This document shows positions 1-10,080 of a stretch of 57,241 bases of DNA, piece by piece. The notes under the pieces are model-generated. The model was given only the letters and a program-made list of their open reading frames with translations, did not search any database and was not told the origin of the DNA. This stretch comes from Octopus sinensis. Lineage: Eukaryota. The stretch spans positions 1 to 57,241 of the forward strand of contig NW_021833616.1 in assembly GCF_006345805.1 (NCBI RefSeq), written 5' to 3'. A program made the position numbers and the translations under genes. Position 1 is the first letter of the stretch. Each line of letters opens with the position of its first letter.

Positions 1-662
1 GTACCCTATTAGGCATGCTTTTGATCAGATGCCGAATATTCTATTGCGGAATTTCTTGTCAAGTTTCATGCAGTAATCTCAGAAGATTTGGCTTTGAGGA
101 TGCTTTCTAGTTCTATTTGCGAGATGTCCTGTCCATTATGCCCCAGATATGTTCAATAGGGTTCATATCTGGTGACTGGCTTGGTCAGGAGAGATTTTTA
201 ATGTCATTCTCTTCCAACCAATCTTGGGTCTTTTTAAGCCGGTGCACGAGGAGTGTCATCTTCCATAAATAGCTTTCTTTAATCATTTTACCACCGAGAA
301 GATTGGAAGGAGTCTTTCCTGCAATATGGACACATATTTACCTGAGTTTGTGTTTCCCTCACAGTCCACCAGTTCTGATCGACCGTTGCTCCAAATTGTT
401 TCCAGACCATCACAGAATAGCCGCCGTGTTTCTTTGTTGGCTGTAAACTTTCCCCGTCAAATTCTTTATCACAGTCTCCCGATCCACAATCAACAATTGT
501 CAGAAAATACAGCAAATCTGAGCTCTTCAGAGAATATAGCAGTGCCCGAAAATGTTAGTCGCCTCTCGCCCATCTCAGTGGCCCAGCCTTTTCTCCGCTT
601 GACATTGGCTGGTCGAAAAAGTAGCCTCCTTCTTGCTGCTCTGCCATAGTAATCCTTGTATT
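1..662 (-). mobile_element. Degenerate Tc1-like DD34E transposase (C-terminal two-thirds, frameshifted)
   Basis: Minus-strand translation shows YYGRAARRR (HTH end), FAVFSD, LQPTKKHGGYSVMVW, LFMEDDT and QSPDMNPIEHIWG (141-180), which are Tc1 catalytic motifs; the element runs off the window start. Confidence 0.85.
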
Positions 663-780
663 GGACTTTGAAGGGTGAAGGAGTTCGCTTCGTAATCACG
701 ATGTTCCGGGTTCGATCCCAGAGTGTGTGGTATCTCGAGCAATTGTCTTTTGCCATTGCTTCGGGTCGATCTGTACTTCG
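663..780 (+). mobile_element. tRNA-derived SINE fragment
   Basis: B-box GGGTTCGATCCC followed by sequence resembling the SINE-B body. Confidence 0.45.
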
Positions 781-1204
781 TAAGAAAATTAGAGGAGATG
801 AAAGCTGTAAGCGAAACCTTCGAACGGTTTCTACCAGTGTTTTGTGTTTCTATGTTTTCACATTATGTCACGCCGATTCTACCCGAGGACTACACTAATA
901 TTAGCCTCAATTTTTGGTACAAGTCTAGCAAGTCCAGAACGGAGGATTAAGTCGATTACACCGACTCCAATGGTGGATCTTTTCACTTTGACCGGCAGAT
1001 TTGAAAAATAATTTCTTTGTAAGTCAACACGTTTAAACTTCGTATACTGGTAGAATGTGTCACATAAAACAACTTTTTCTCTTGGCGTTCTTGAGAAAAT
1101 TCTGTAATTTGTAAGCTATTTATTGTTAAGTTTCTTGTATTTTGGCAATTTCAACCATTCAATGATGTCTATTGAGGTGAATACAATTGCTGCCGGTCAA
1201 AGTG

Positions 1205-1358
1205 AAAAGATCCACCAATGGTTAACTGGTACTTATTTTATCGACTCCGAAAGAATAAAATGCAAAGTCGACCTCGGCGGAATTTGAACTCAGACCGTAA
1301 AGACAGACTAAATGCCCCTAAGCGTTTTACACAGCGTGCTGACGATTCTGCCAGTTTG
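1205..1358 (-). mobile_element. tRNA-derived SINE family A, degenerate
   Basis: Reverse complement of the family-A body (GAGTTCAAATTCCGCCGAGGTCGACTTTGC...AAGTACCAGTT) found many times in the window. Confidence 0.75.
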
Positions 1359-2017
1359 ACACATATGAACTACACCAACATTAAGCATATCCGTGGAACG
1401 CTTGATCACTTACGCGTTAGTTCAAATGAGCGTTTAATACAGTTGATGTAACAAGTGAATCGAATGTCCATCGTCAAATTCGACGGAAACCCATTTAGAT
1501 ATATATATTCTATATGAGAAATAGTTTTCTTACATTTGCCTTAGATCTCAGAATATTTCCTTCCTGTTGGTGCAAATGTGCATTGTTTAGCAACAACGAC
1601 ATCTCATAGAGGAAGTTCGGACCTTAATTACATTTTGAAGAAGCTACTGATCACGTGTTAACATTTACATGACACGTGACATAATCGACATATTCACTCG
1701 CAATTGTAACGCGTTTCATGGACACTTTTTGTTCAACAGATATTTAATAGCTGAGAACAAGGATGATAAAACTAGCGATGAATTAGATTACAAAGGCATA
1801 ACCTTTAGAATAAAGTGTTGTAAAGGTCAGAAGTCCAAGAAAGGTTATCCTTTGAGTGTGAAACCGTTAATAAAAACGAAAGGAGATCGTGGAGCTTTTT
1901 AAGATATAACGTCAGTTTATTTTATATTTAGGGTTAAGATAAACCTTTGCATGCGTTGGAGAAATTTTCTGTTATACCATGAAGGTCTTCGTGCGTGTGG
2001 CTCAAAAGAGCTACAGC

Positions 2018-2048
<31 letters not shown>

Positions 2049-2314
2049 CATAATCAAAATAAGCAACAAGGGATATCCAGAATTAATGCAGTAGGATCGT
2101 TTTATGTAACTCCATTTAATTGAACAATGCAATCATTACATCAATATAAAATGTAGAGCAATCTTCAGCTGCACAAAGACATAGAATTCAATTAAATTAG
2201 AACAGATAGACACATTAGTATAATTATTTTGATTTTAATCACCTCATTTTGAAATTGTATGGATAATACCGTACTAAATTCTGGTGCCACAACTTAAGCA
2301 TCGTATTCATCTGA

Positions 2315-2402
<88 letters not shown>
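2315..2402. repeat. (TATC)n microsatellite (representative; dozens of (TA)n, (CA)n, (TATG)n, (TATC)n and (CCAT)n tracts occur throughout)
   Basis: Directly visible perfect tetranucleotide array. Confidence 0.95.
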
Positions 2403-2499
2403 CACCCTCTCTCTCTCCCTCTTTATATATATATATAAACTAACTAACTAACATATAAATAAAAACTTGGAGAAGAGAAATAACGCGTGCGTACGGTCA

Positions 2500-2591
2500 T
2501 ATAGTAATATAATAAATAAATAAAATATATGCATACATACATACATATATGTACATACTTACATCTATATGTATATATGCATGCATATATA

Positions 2592-2654
<63 letters not shown>

Positions 2655-3010
2655 CACATATATATGAGTACAGGACACCACAAATAAACGTACAACACAA
2701 CGAGAAACGAGAACATAAAATCAAACAAGGAAACGGACTTTTTTTTAAACAACGAAAAAACAGAGTACAGGACAAACAATACAAGGAAAATTCCCCTTCA
2801 TCAGCTGTCCCTGGTTCGACTCAAAGTGTGTTTCGAAGGTAAGGACAGAACACAGTCGAATCAGTCCTTCCTGCAAAAGGAATTAAATAAAATTATTTTG
2901 CAGAGGGGTAAAACAAGTGACAAAAACAGGACGTAAAAGCAATACAAATGAAGAAAAAAAATACAAATGAAGAAAAAACAGGACAAATAAAGAAACAAGA
3001 CAGTGAACAT
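2500..3010 (-). mobile_element. Dispersed ~500-bp element carrying a rearranged hammerhead-like motif (copy 1)
   Basis: Shares flank anchors (GTACAGGACACCACAA; AATTAAAT..AGAGGRGTAAAAC) with 7190-7730; the central motif is far better conserved than the flanks. Confidence 0.55.
2791..2864 (-). ncRNA. Candidate non-circularly permuted hammerhead ribozyme (copy 1)
   Basis: Minus strand: UUCGAC-UGUGU-U-CUGUCC-UUA-CCUUC-GAA-ACACA-CUUUGA-GUCGAA-CCAG-GGACAG-CUGAUGA-AGGGG. All core nucleotides are present and stems I, II and III can pair, but the segment order is reversed relative to canonical HHRs. Confidence 0.55.
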
Positions 3011-3194
3011 ACAATAATATATATATATGGAAGCTACTTAAGAAAGACATAATTTAGTCTTGCAACATGTAGAGCTTTCACCGTAGACACGTAGTGGTTA
3101 ATTGTATATGGTGTGATATTTACAATGTAAAATTCTGGACATTGCCTAGTCTATCGCTGCATGTCTTTAGATTTTTTTAGTGGCTGGTGTGTGA

Positions 3195-3480
3195 AGGCGC
3201 ATGACTTAGTAGTTAGAGCGTTGGGCTCACAATCATGAGATAGTGAGTTCGATTCCTGGACTTGGTTGTGTATTGTGTTCTTGAGCGAGACACTTCATTT
3301 CACGTTGCTCCAGTTCACTCAGCTGTAGAAATGAGTTGCGACGTCACTGGTGCCAAGCTATATCGGTCTTTGTCGTTTCTTTGGATAATATTAGCAGCAT
3401 AGAAAGGGGAGGATGGTATGCATGGATGACTGCTGGTCTTCCATAAACAACTTTTCCCGGACTTGTATCACGAAGGGGAA
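3195..3480 (+). mobile_element. tRNA-derived SINE (third family)
   Basis: A-box TGACTTAGTAGTTAG, B-box GAGTTCGATTCC, then the body CTTGAGCGAGACACTTCATTTCACGTTGCTCCAGTTCACTCAGCTG. Confidence 0.7.
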
Positions 3481-3894
3481 CTTTCTTGGTGTAATCCCAT
3501 GGTCATTCATAAACGAAGGGGGTCATTTGTGTCCGCTGAGGAGGTTAAACACAGTGGACTCAATAAGCTACTGCCCTTTGAACTTAATAATAATGGTACA
3601 TATAAATCATAGCGTAGGTGCAGTATGGCCGAATGCTTAAGAAGTTTACTTCGCGACCACGAGGTTGCGGGATCGGATCCAAAGCATGACATCTTAGGCG
3701 AATATCATTTTCTGTAGAATCGGGTCGACCCATACCTTGCACATGAAATTAAGGTTAGAGAAAGGAACTGTACATGTATATCCATCCATCCATCCATCCA
3801 TCCATCCATCCATCCATCCATCCGTCCGTCCGTCCGTCCGTCAATCCATCCATCCATCCATCCATCTATCTATCTATATATCTATCTATCTATC

Positions 3895-3946
<52 letters not shown>

Positions 3947-3949
3947 CTT

Positions 3950-4024
<75 letters not shown>

Positions 4025-4040
4025 ATATAATATATATATC

Positions 4041-4060
4041 TCTATACACAATCATACAAC

Positions 4061-4094
<34 letters not shown>

Positions 4095-4367
4095 AATATA
4101 TATATATATTATATATATATATATATAAGGGGTTTGTATGATTGTGTATAGAGGATATATATTATTCAAAGAAATTCCTACTCTGTTTTTTATGTTTTAT
4201 TTATATTCTTTATAATATTAATGTAGAATATAGAATATATAATATAACTAATATAGATATAGTAAAATGAAATGAAGTATTGTATATATATTATTTATAC
4301 TATATATATTCTATATTCTACATTAATATAAATAAAACATAAAAAAAACAGAGTTGGAATTTCTCTG

Positions 4368-4377
<10 letters not shown>
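4041..4377. repeat. Two adjacent fold-back inverted repeats in (TA)n context
   Basis: 4041-4065 pairs with 4127-4153 around (TA)n; 4156-4240 pairs with 4303-4377 (12-nt indel). Confidence 0.8.
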
Positions 4378-4405
<28 letters not shown>

Positions 4406-4924
4406 GTCAAGGATCGAACAAAGAATACAAGGAGAAATACATACATACATACATACATACATACATAATACATACATACATAATACATACATACATACAT
4501 ACATACATACGTACATACATACATGCATACACACACGCACACGCACATGCACACACTATATGCATAATCCAAATAAGAAGACAAAGAAAGACTTTAAGGA
4601 TCAATTGTAATTACTATCTGCATCAAACGTTCCACGTGAAAATTTACGTAATATTTGCGGTTTTAAACTTTAGAGTGGCACCTCTTCAGACCTGCATCAA
4701 AGGCGCGTTCCTGCATTATCAATGTAAGAGCGCATTTACCTGCCTGCCGGCCTGTCGATTTATCTGGCTAGCTCGTTGGCTGTTTGTCTGTTTATCTGCC
4801 TGTTTGCTTGTTCTGCTGTCAATACGTTTATGTCTGTCTGTTTTCTCTCTGTCTGTCTATCTGTCTGTATGTATGTATGTTATTGTTCAGTTTTGTTTCA
4901 AGATTTCTTGCCAATAGAGAAAGA

Positions 4925-5156
4925 TATTTCTTTATTGCCCACAATGGGGCTAAACATAGAGGGGACAAACAAGGACAGACAAAGGGATAAAGTCGATTAC
5001 ATCTACCCAAGTGAGTAACTGGTACTTAATTTATCGACCCCGAAAGGATGAAAGGCAAAGTCGACCTCGGCAGAATTTGAACTCACAACGTAGCGGCAGA
5101 CGAAATACGGCTACGCATTTCGCCCGGCGTGCTAAAGCTTCTGCCAGCTCGCCGCC
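4925..5156 (-). mobile_element. SINE family A, full length
   Basis: Head GGCGGCGAGCTGGCAGAA (A-box), GAGTTCAAATTCC (B-box), tail GCCCC..TTGTGGG..AAAGAAATA. Confidence 0.9.
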
Positions 5157-5703
5157 AATAGAGAAAGAGCCGGTTTCTAACCTAGATCTAAGGCTACTTC
5201 GTCGGAATTTCAACATCAACAACGGTATTTTTGTGTGTATGTATGTATGTATGTATGTATGTATGTATGTATGTATGTATGTATGTATGCATGCACGCAT
5301 GCATGTATGTATGTATGTATGTATGTATGTATGTATGGATGGATAGATGGATGTGTGCAGATGTTTTGCTTTATGCATGTATTCTCATGCATATAGTTGC
5401 ATATCTAGACATCCTCATAAATATTTGAATAAGTATGTATGTAGGTATGCATGTTTGTATGTATGCATGCATGTATGTATGTGTACAGATTTGTATGTTT
5501 TGCTTTATGTATGTACTCTCATGTATATATATGCTTATCTAGACTTGCACATATATATTTAAATGATAAACTTCTGGAAAGTTTTACAGGTTTTTACAGT
5601 TCCAGTGAGGGTGGGTCTGTAGTCTTCGAATTAGCTTTCTCCTTTCTGGTTTTGTATGTATGTATGTATGTATGTATGTATGTATGTATGTATGTATGTA
5701 TAT

Positions 5704-5926
5704 CTATTTCTTTACTACCCACAAGGGGCTAAACACAGAGGGAACAAACAAGGGATTAAGTCGATTACATCGACCCCAGTGCGTAACTGGTACTTTATTT
5801 ATCGACCCCGAAAGGATGAAAGGCAAAGTCGACCTCGGCGGAATTTGAACTCAGAACGTAACGGCGGACGAAATACGGCTACGCATTTCGCCCGGCGTGC
5901 TAACGTTTCTGCCAGCTCACCGCCTT
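5704..5926 (-). mobile_element. SINE family A, full length
   Basis: Same head, body and tail as 4925-5156. Confidence 0.9.
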
Positions 5927-6521
5927 ACATGTATGTATATCTGTGTACCTGCTTGCTACATGCCTGTACTTACCTACCTTTGATCTGTTTGTATGTCTGT
6001 CAGCTGCCTGTATGCCTGCCTACCTGCCTGCCCTCCTGAGTTTCTGCGTGCCTTTCTGTCTGGCCGCTTGACTGCCGCCTGTCTGCCCGTCTGTCCATCA
6101 GTCTGTATGTTCTCTCTTCTCTCTCTCTCTCACACTCCATCTCTCTCTCTTTCTCTCTCGTTGATCTCCAATATACAGCTTAGAAAATGTGGAAAAACAG
6201 TGAGGGAATGAGAGTAACAGAGTGAAGGAGGAATGGAAACACTGAAGAGAAGGAAGGAGAATATCAGAGAAATCACCAATTAGATGGAAAGTAAAGGGGG
6301 GGGGGAGACTGAAAGTGGGAGGGGGAGGAAGAAGTGAAAGTGAAAGTAGAGAAGAAACAGAGTGGTAAACAGGAATAGAGAGTGAAATAAATTAACGAGA
6401 GAGTAAGGATTGAGAGGGATGAAGGTGAATATAACAAGCAGAAGAGAAACACTGAAGAAGTAAAACGTAAACCAAAACGTATTTATTGGTTCATATATTT
6501 ATGTAATAAACACACACACAC

Positions 6522-6567
<46 letters not shown>

Positions 6568-6594
6568 TACATACATACATACATACATACATGC

Positions 6595-6945
6595 GTAGCA
6601 CCTTGGGCAAGTGTCTTCTACTATAGCCTTTTGTGAGTGGATTTGGTAGGCGGAAACTGAAAGACGCCTATCGTGTACATATGTGTGTGTGGTGTGTGTG
6701 TGTGTGGTGTGTGTGTGTGTGTGTGTATATGTCTGTATATGTGTGTGTGCCTTTGTGTCTGTGTTTGTCCCCCCCCCATCACATCACCGATTGACCACCG
6801 GTGTTGCTGTGTTTACTTGCCCGTAACCTAGCGGTTCGGCAAAACACACCGATAGGATAAGTACCAGGCTTAAGAAACAAGCCCTGGGGTCGATTTGTTT
6901 GACTAAAACCCTTCAAAGCGGTGATCCAGCATGGCCGCAGTCACA
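6595..6945 (+). mobile_element. SINE family B, 5'-truncated
   Basis: CCTTGGGCAAGTGTCTTCTACTATAGCC...GTGAGTGGATTTGGTAG, internal (GT)n, 3' module GCGGTTCGGCAAAA...CAGCATGGCCGCAGTC. Confidence 0.85.
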
Positions 6946-7028
6946 GAGAGAGAGGAAGGGAAACACGGAAGACAAGGAAGATGAATGTCAAAGAATGACA
7001 GAAACAAGTAAAAAAAGTAATATATACA

Positions 7029-7064
<36 letters not shown>

Positions 7065-7120
7065 TATATATATTATATATATATATATATATATGCATAT
7101 ATATGTACAAACATACATAC

Positions 7121-7187
<67 letters not shown>

Positions 7188-7189
7188 GT

Positions 7190-7730
7190 AATAAATAAAA
7201 TATATGCATACATACAAACATATATGTACGTACCGACATCTACATGTAATATACATGCATATATAATATATATACGTACAGGACACCACAAGAAGACGTA
7301 AAAATCAACAGAAACGAAAACGGAAAAGCCAATTTGTTACAACAGAGGACAGAGACGTGGAACAAGACGAACGAAAACGGGAAAAACAATTATGTACAGC
7401 AGAAAAACGAAGTACAGGACATGCTGCACAAGAAACATCCCCTTCATCAGCTGTCGCTAGCAGACTAGCTGTTTCGAAGGCAAGACAGAACACGTCTGGA
7501 CATGCTAGGCTTCCTACGAGATAATTAAATACAATAACCTCGTAGAGGAGTAAAACGAGCAAGAAAAATGTAACACAAAAAGGGACTAACAAAGAACTGC
7601 ACAAAAAATATACAAGAAAAAATAATACAAATTAAAGATACAGGTACAAGAAAATACAAACGAGAATTAAATTACAATACGAGAAATCAAAATAAACAAG
7701 AGAACAAACAAAAGACGAACGAAGGCCTTG
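7190..7730 (-). mobile_element. Dispersed ~500-bp element carrying a rearranged hammerhead-like motif (copy 2)
   Basis: Homologous to 2500-3010 with diverged A-rich flanks. Confidence 0.55.
7438..7508 (-). ncRNA. Candidate non-circularly permuted hammerhead ribozyme (copy 2)
   Basis: Minus strand: CAGAC-G-UGU-U-CUGUC-UUG-CCUUC-GAA-ACA-GCUA-GUCUG-CUAGC-GACAG-CUGAUGA-AGGGG. Identical core and order to copy 1; the distal helix differs in sequence but still pairs. Confidence 0.55.
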
Positions 7731-7847
7731 TTCTGGCGGGGACGAGAAGGTAACTGGCGAGCGCTGGGAAACATGACCTTAGGGCCTGAATGCAACAGGC
7801 GAAAGGATTAGCAGTGACGAAAGTGAGGAGGAGTGGGAGAGAGAGAG

Positions 7848-7889
<42 letters not shown>

Positions 7890-8010
7890 AATATGCTGGG
7901 AATAGACTTTAAATCGCCAATCACCACATTATAATATACATTCATCATGAATACACGTCGTGCTGAAATCGAGGAAGGCAAGCTAACAGAATTTTTTTTT
8001 AAATCCGTTA

Positions 8011-8069
8011 TCTCTATATTGAATCAATTTCGGGATTAATCCTACGGATTTTCCCCTCTTCAGTAGAGA
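8011..8069 (-). ncRNA. Type I hammerhead ribozyme, intact core
   Basis: UCUCUA-CUGAAGA-GGG(GAAAAUCCGUAGGAUUAAU)CCC-GAA-AUUGA-U-UCAAU-A-UAGAGA; 6-bp stem I, palindromic stem III, AUA triplet. Confidence 0.8.
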
Positions 8070-8595
8070 ATACGATAAGAAATAAATGAAAAACTTACAA
8101 CCACCCATGGAAAAAAGCAGAATCAAGAGTCATAAGTACACATAAGTACCTCAGTTATATCTAAATGTAAAATCCTTTAGCAAACCTCAGCACACATGTG
8201 ACTGGTCACGAACCACAACTTTTTGTGGTTACCAGTCCCGAAGTGAATGGTAATAAATTTACTTCTAATATAGGATAAAAAATTTTCCAAAAAAAAATTC
8301 ATCAAAGTGGCAGCATATTAAAATACCTTTAAAAGTGAAAATTATGAACAATTATAAACAAGGGCAAAAGAAAATATATTTCTATGCCAATATGCTGAGG
8401 CTTGTTAAAAATTTCTATGAGGCGTGCTAAAAATTTCTATGAGGCTTGCTAAATATTTCTAGGCCAATGTGCTGAGGCTTGCTGAAGGATTTTGCATTTA
8501 GATATAACTGGGGTACTTATGTGTACACATGACTCTTGCTTCTGCTTTTTTCCATGAGTGCTTGTTGTAAGTATTTCATTTATTTCTTATCGTAT

Positions 8596-8654
8596 TCTCT
8601 ACTGAAGAGGGAAAAATCCGTAGAATTAATCCCGAAATTTATTCAATATAGAGA
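8596..8654 (+). ncRNA. Type I hammerhead ribozyme, intact core (sister of 8011-8069)
   Basis: TCTCTA CTGAAGA GGG...CCC GAAA TTTATTCA ATA TAGAGA; one stem III mismatch relative to the sister copy. Confidence 0.75.
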
Positions 8655-8889
8655 TAAGGAATTAAAAAAATTGCCCTTCTCGATTTCTGCACAACGTGTA
8701 TTTTTAGTGAATGTATATTGCAATGTGGTGATTGACGATTTAAAGTCTGTTCTCAGCGTATTGGCACAGAAATTATTTTCTTTTACCCTTGTTTCTAATT
8801 GTTTATAATTTTCACCTTTAAAGGTACTTTAATATGCTGCCACTTCAATGAAATTTCTTTTGGAAAAAAATTTTATCCTATATTAGAAG

Positions 8890-8920
<31 letters not shown>

Positions 8921-9156
8921 ACGCACACACACACACAATATGGGACTCTAGTTCACAGGTGATCCAAACGATTAAGTATGCTAGGTAGATGCTGTAACGG
9001 ACTACTAGGGCTCCAAGGTTATAACCGACACAGTAGTTATGGCGCCATTCCAGATTTCCGATATAGCAGATATATAATTATTAAAGAGAACAAAAAAGTT
9101 AAGGCAAGGTAAATATCTCAAGTCATATACATTATTATTATTATTGGAAAAAAGAA

Positions 9157-9237
9157 AATTCAAAGTCTTACAGCTGTTTCTGGGATATCCCAGGGTATAG
9201 GATATTTATCCCAGAAACAGCTGTAAGACTGAATTTT
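9157..9237. repeat. Near-perfect hairpin built from a hammerhead 3' half
   Basis: AGTCTTACAGCTGTTTCTGGGATA ... TATCCCAGAAACAGCTGTAAGACT (24-bp perfect arms), extended by AATTC/GAATT. Confidence 0.85.
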
Positions 9238-9331
9238 GCCCTGCCTTGACGCTTATATGTAATTTCTTTTCCGTAATGAGATAAAAAAGAAACACAAGGC
9301 CATGTAGATTTTAGAACATTTATAAATAGAA

Positions 9332-9380
9332 GGTTTTACAGCTGCTTCTAGGATATTTATTATATCCCTTCACCAGAAAC
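9332..9380 (-). ncRNA. Degenerate type I hammerhead (GAAAC-AGCU-GUA family)
   Basis: GUUU-CUGGUGA-AGGGAUAU-AAUAA-AUAUCCUA-GAAGC-AGCU-GUA-AAAC; two core substitutions. Confidence 0.6.
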
Positions 9381-9606
9381 GGTGTGAGAAGATGGTTAAG
9401 CAATAGTTAAATTAGATAAGATACGAAGTAGAGAGTGAGGTGGAGGAATGAAAATAGATGTGAGATATGCAGGGATATTGTATTTGTAGATCCATTATTT
9501 AGGCAGAATGGTATACATATAAGATTCCAATACCTTATGAGTAAAATCCAATAGTATTTAAAATTGGTCCTTCCAAGTATAGAGTTTATACACAGTGTTA
9601 TTGAAT

Positions 9607-10080
9607 TTCGTCCTATATTTATGGACTGCCATATTAGGTTGGAGATAACTGTTAATATCCAGTACCGTTGCTGTAGTCTCCTTTAGAGAGGCTTCGAAAT
9701 GATAATACTTATATTTTTGAAAACCAGTGAATGTATTCCACTGAAATTAGGTAAATAATCCTTCGAACAGACGGTCAGTAGCGACGCCTGTGGGTTGGGC
9801 TACTCTGCATTGATAAAGGGCAAATACCCTGAAACATGTCTGCAGATGCCTGACTAGCAAGGGGAAGAGGCTGACCTTCCCTGTTCGAAGGTTATAATGG
9901 ACACAGGTTCGTGTGTCATATAGCTAGCTAGAGGCGATGGCCTCCTGGAGCTAATCAACGGCAGCTTTCGTCCTATATTTATGGATTGCCATATTAGCTT
10001 GGCGATAACTGTTAATATCCAGTGCCGCGGTCATAGTCTCATTTAGAGAGACTTAGAAATAATAATACTTCTATTATTGA
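9607..10080 (+). mobile_element. Retrozyme/pLTR-like ~360-nt tandem unit (about 1.3 copies) inserted in a PLE pLTR
   Basis: Direct repeat offset of 360 nt (TTTCGTCCTATATTTATGG at 9606 and 9966); homologous to 52172-52975. Confidence 0.75.
9804..9846 (+). ncRNA. Type I hammerhead, U3:A8 core variant
   Basis: TCTGCA-TTGATAA-AGGG-CAAATA-CCCT-GAAAC-AT-GTC-TGCAGA. Confidence 0.75.

Larger units (their letters stand above)
7885..8890. mobile_element. Inverted plus partial-tandem pLTR-like unit (Penelope-type) with two hammerheads
   Basis: 7885-8095 is the reverse complement of 8572-8785; 8262-8390 is the reverse complement of 8770-8890; a ~21-bp minisatellite lies at 8380-8485. Confidence 0.7.

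Noticed and set aside
1740-1825. Possible plus-strand exon (YLIAENKDDKTSDELDYKGITFRIKCCK)
   Set aside because: Splice signals are only moderate and there is no homology or linked exon; insufficient support.
2798-2839. Canonical type II hammerhead reading using the GUC after GAAAC (2820-2818; 7465-7463 in copy 2)
   Set aside because: The sequence between that GUC and CUGAUGA cannot form stem I in either copy, whereas the upstream CUGUC pairs perfectly.
3528-3570. CTGAGGA hairpin resembling a hammerhead
   Set aside because: No GAAA, no stem II and no valid NUH triplet.
8380-8485. CRISPR-like array
   Set aside because: Contiguous ~21-bp minisatellite without unique spacers, in a eukaryotic context.
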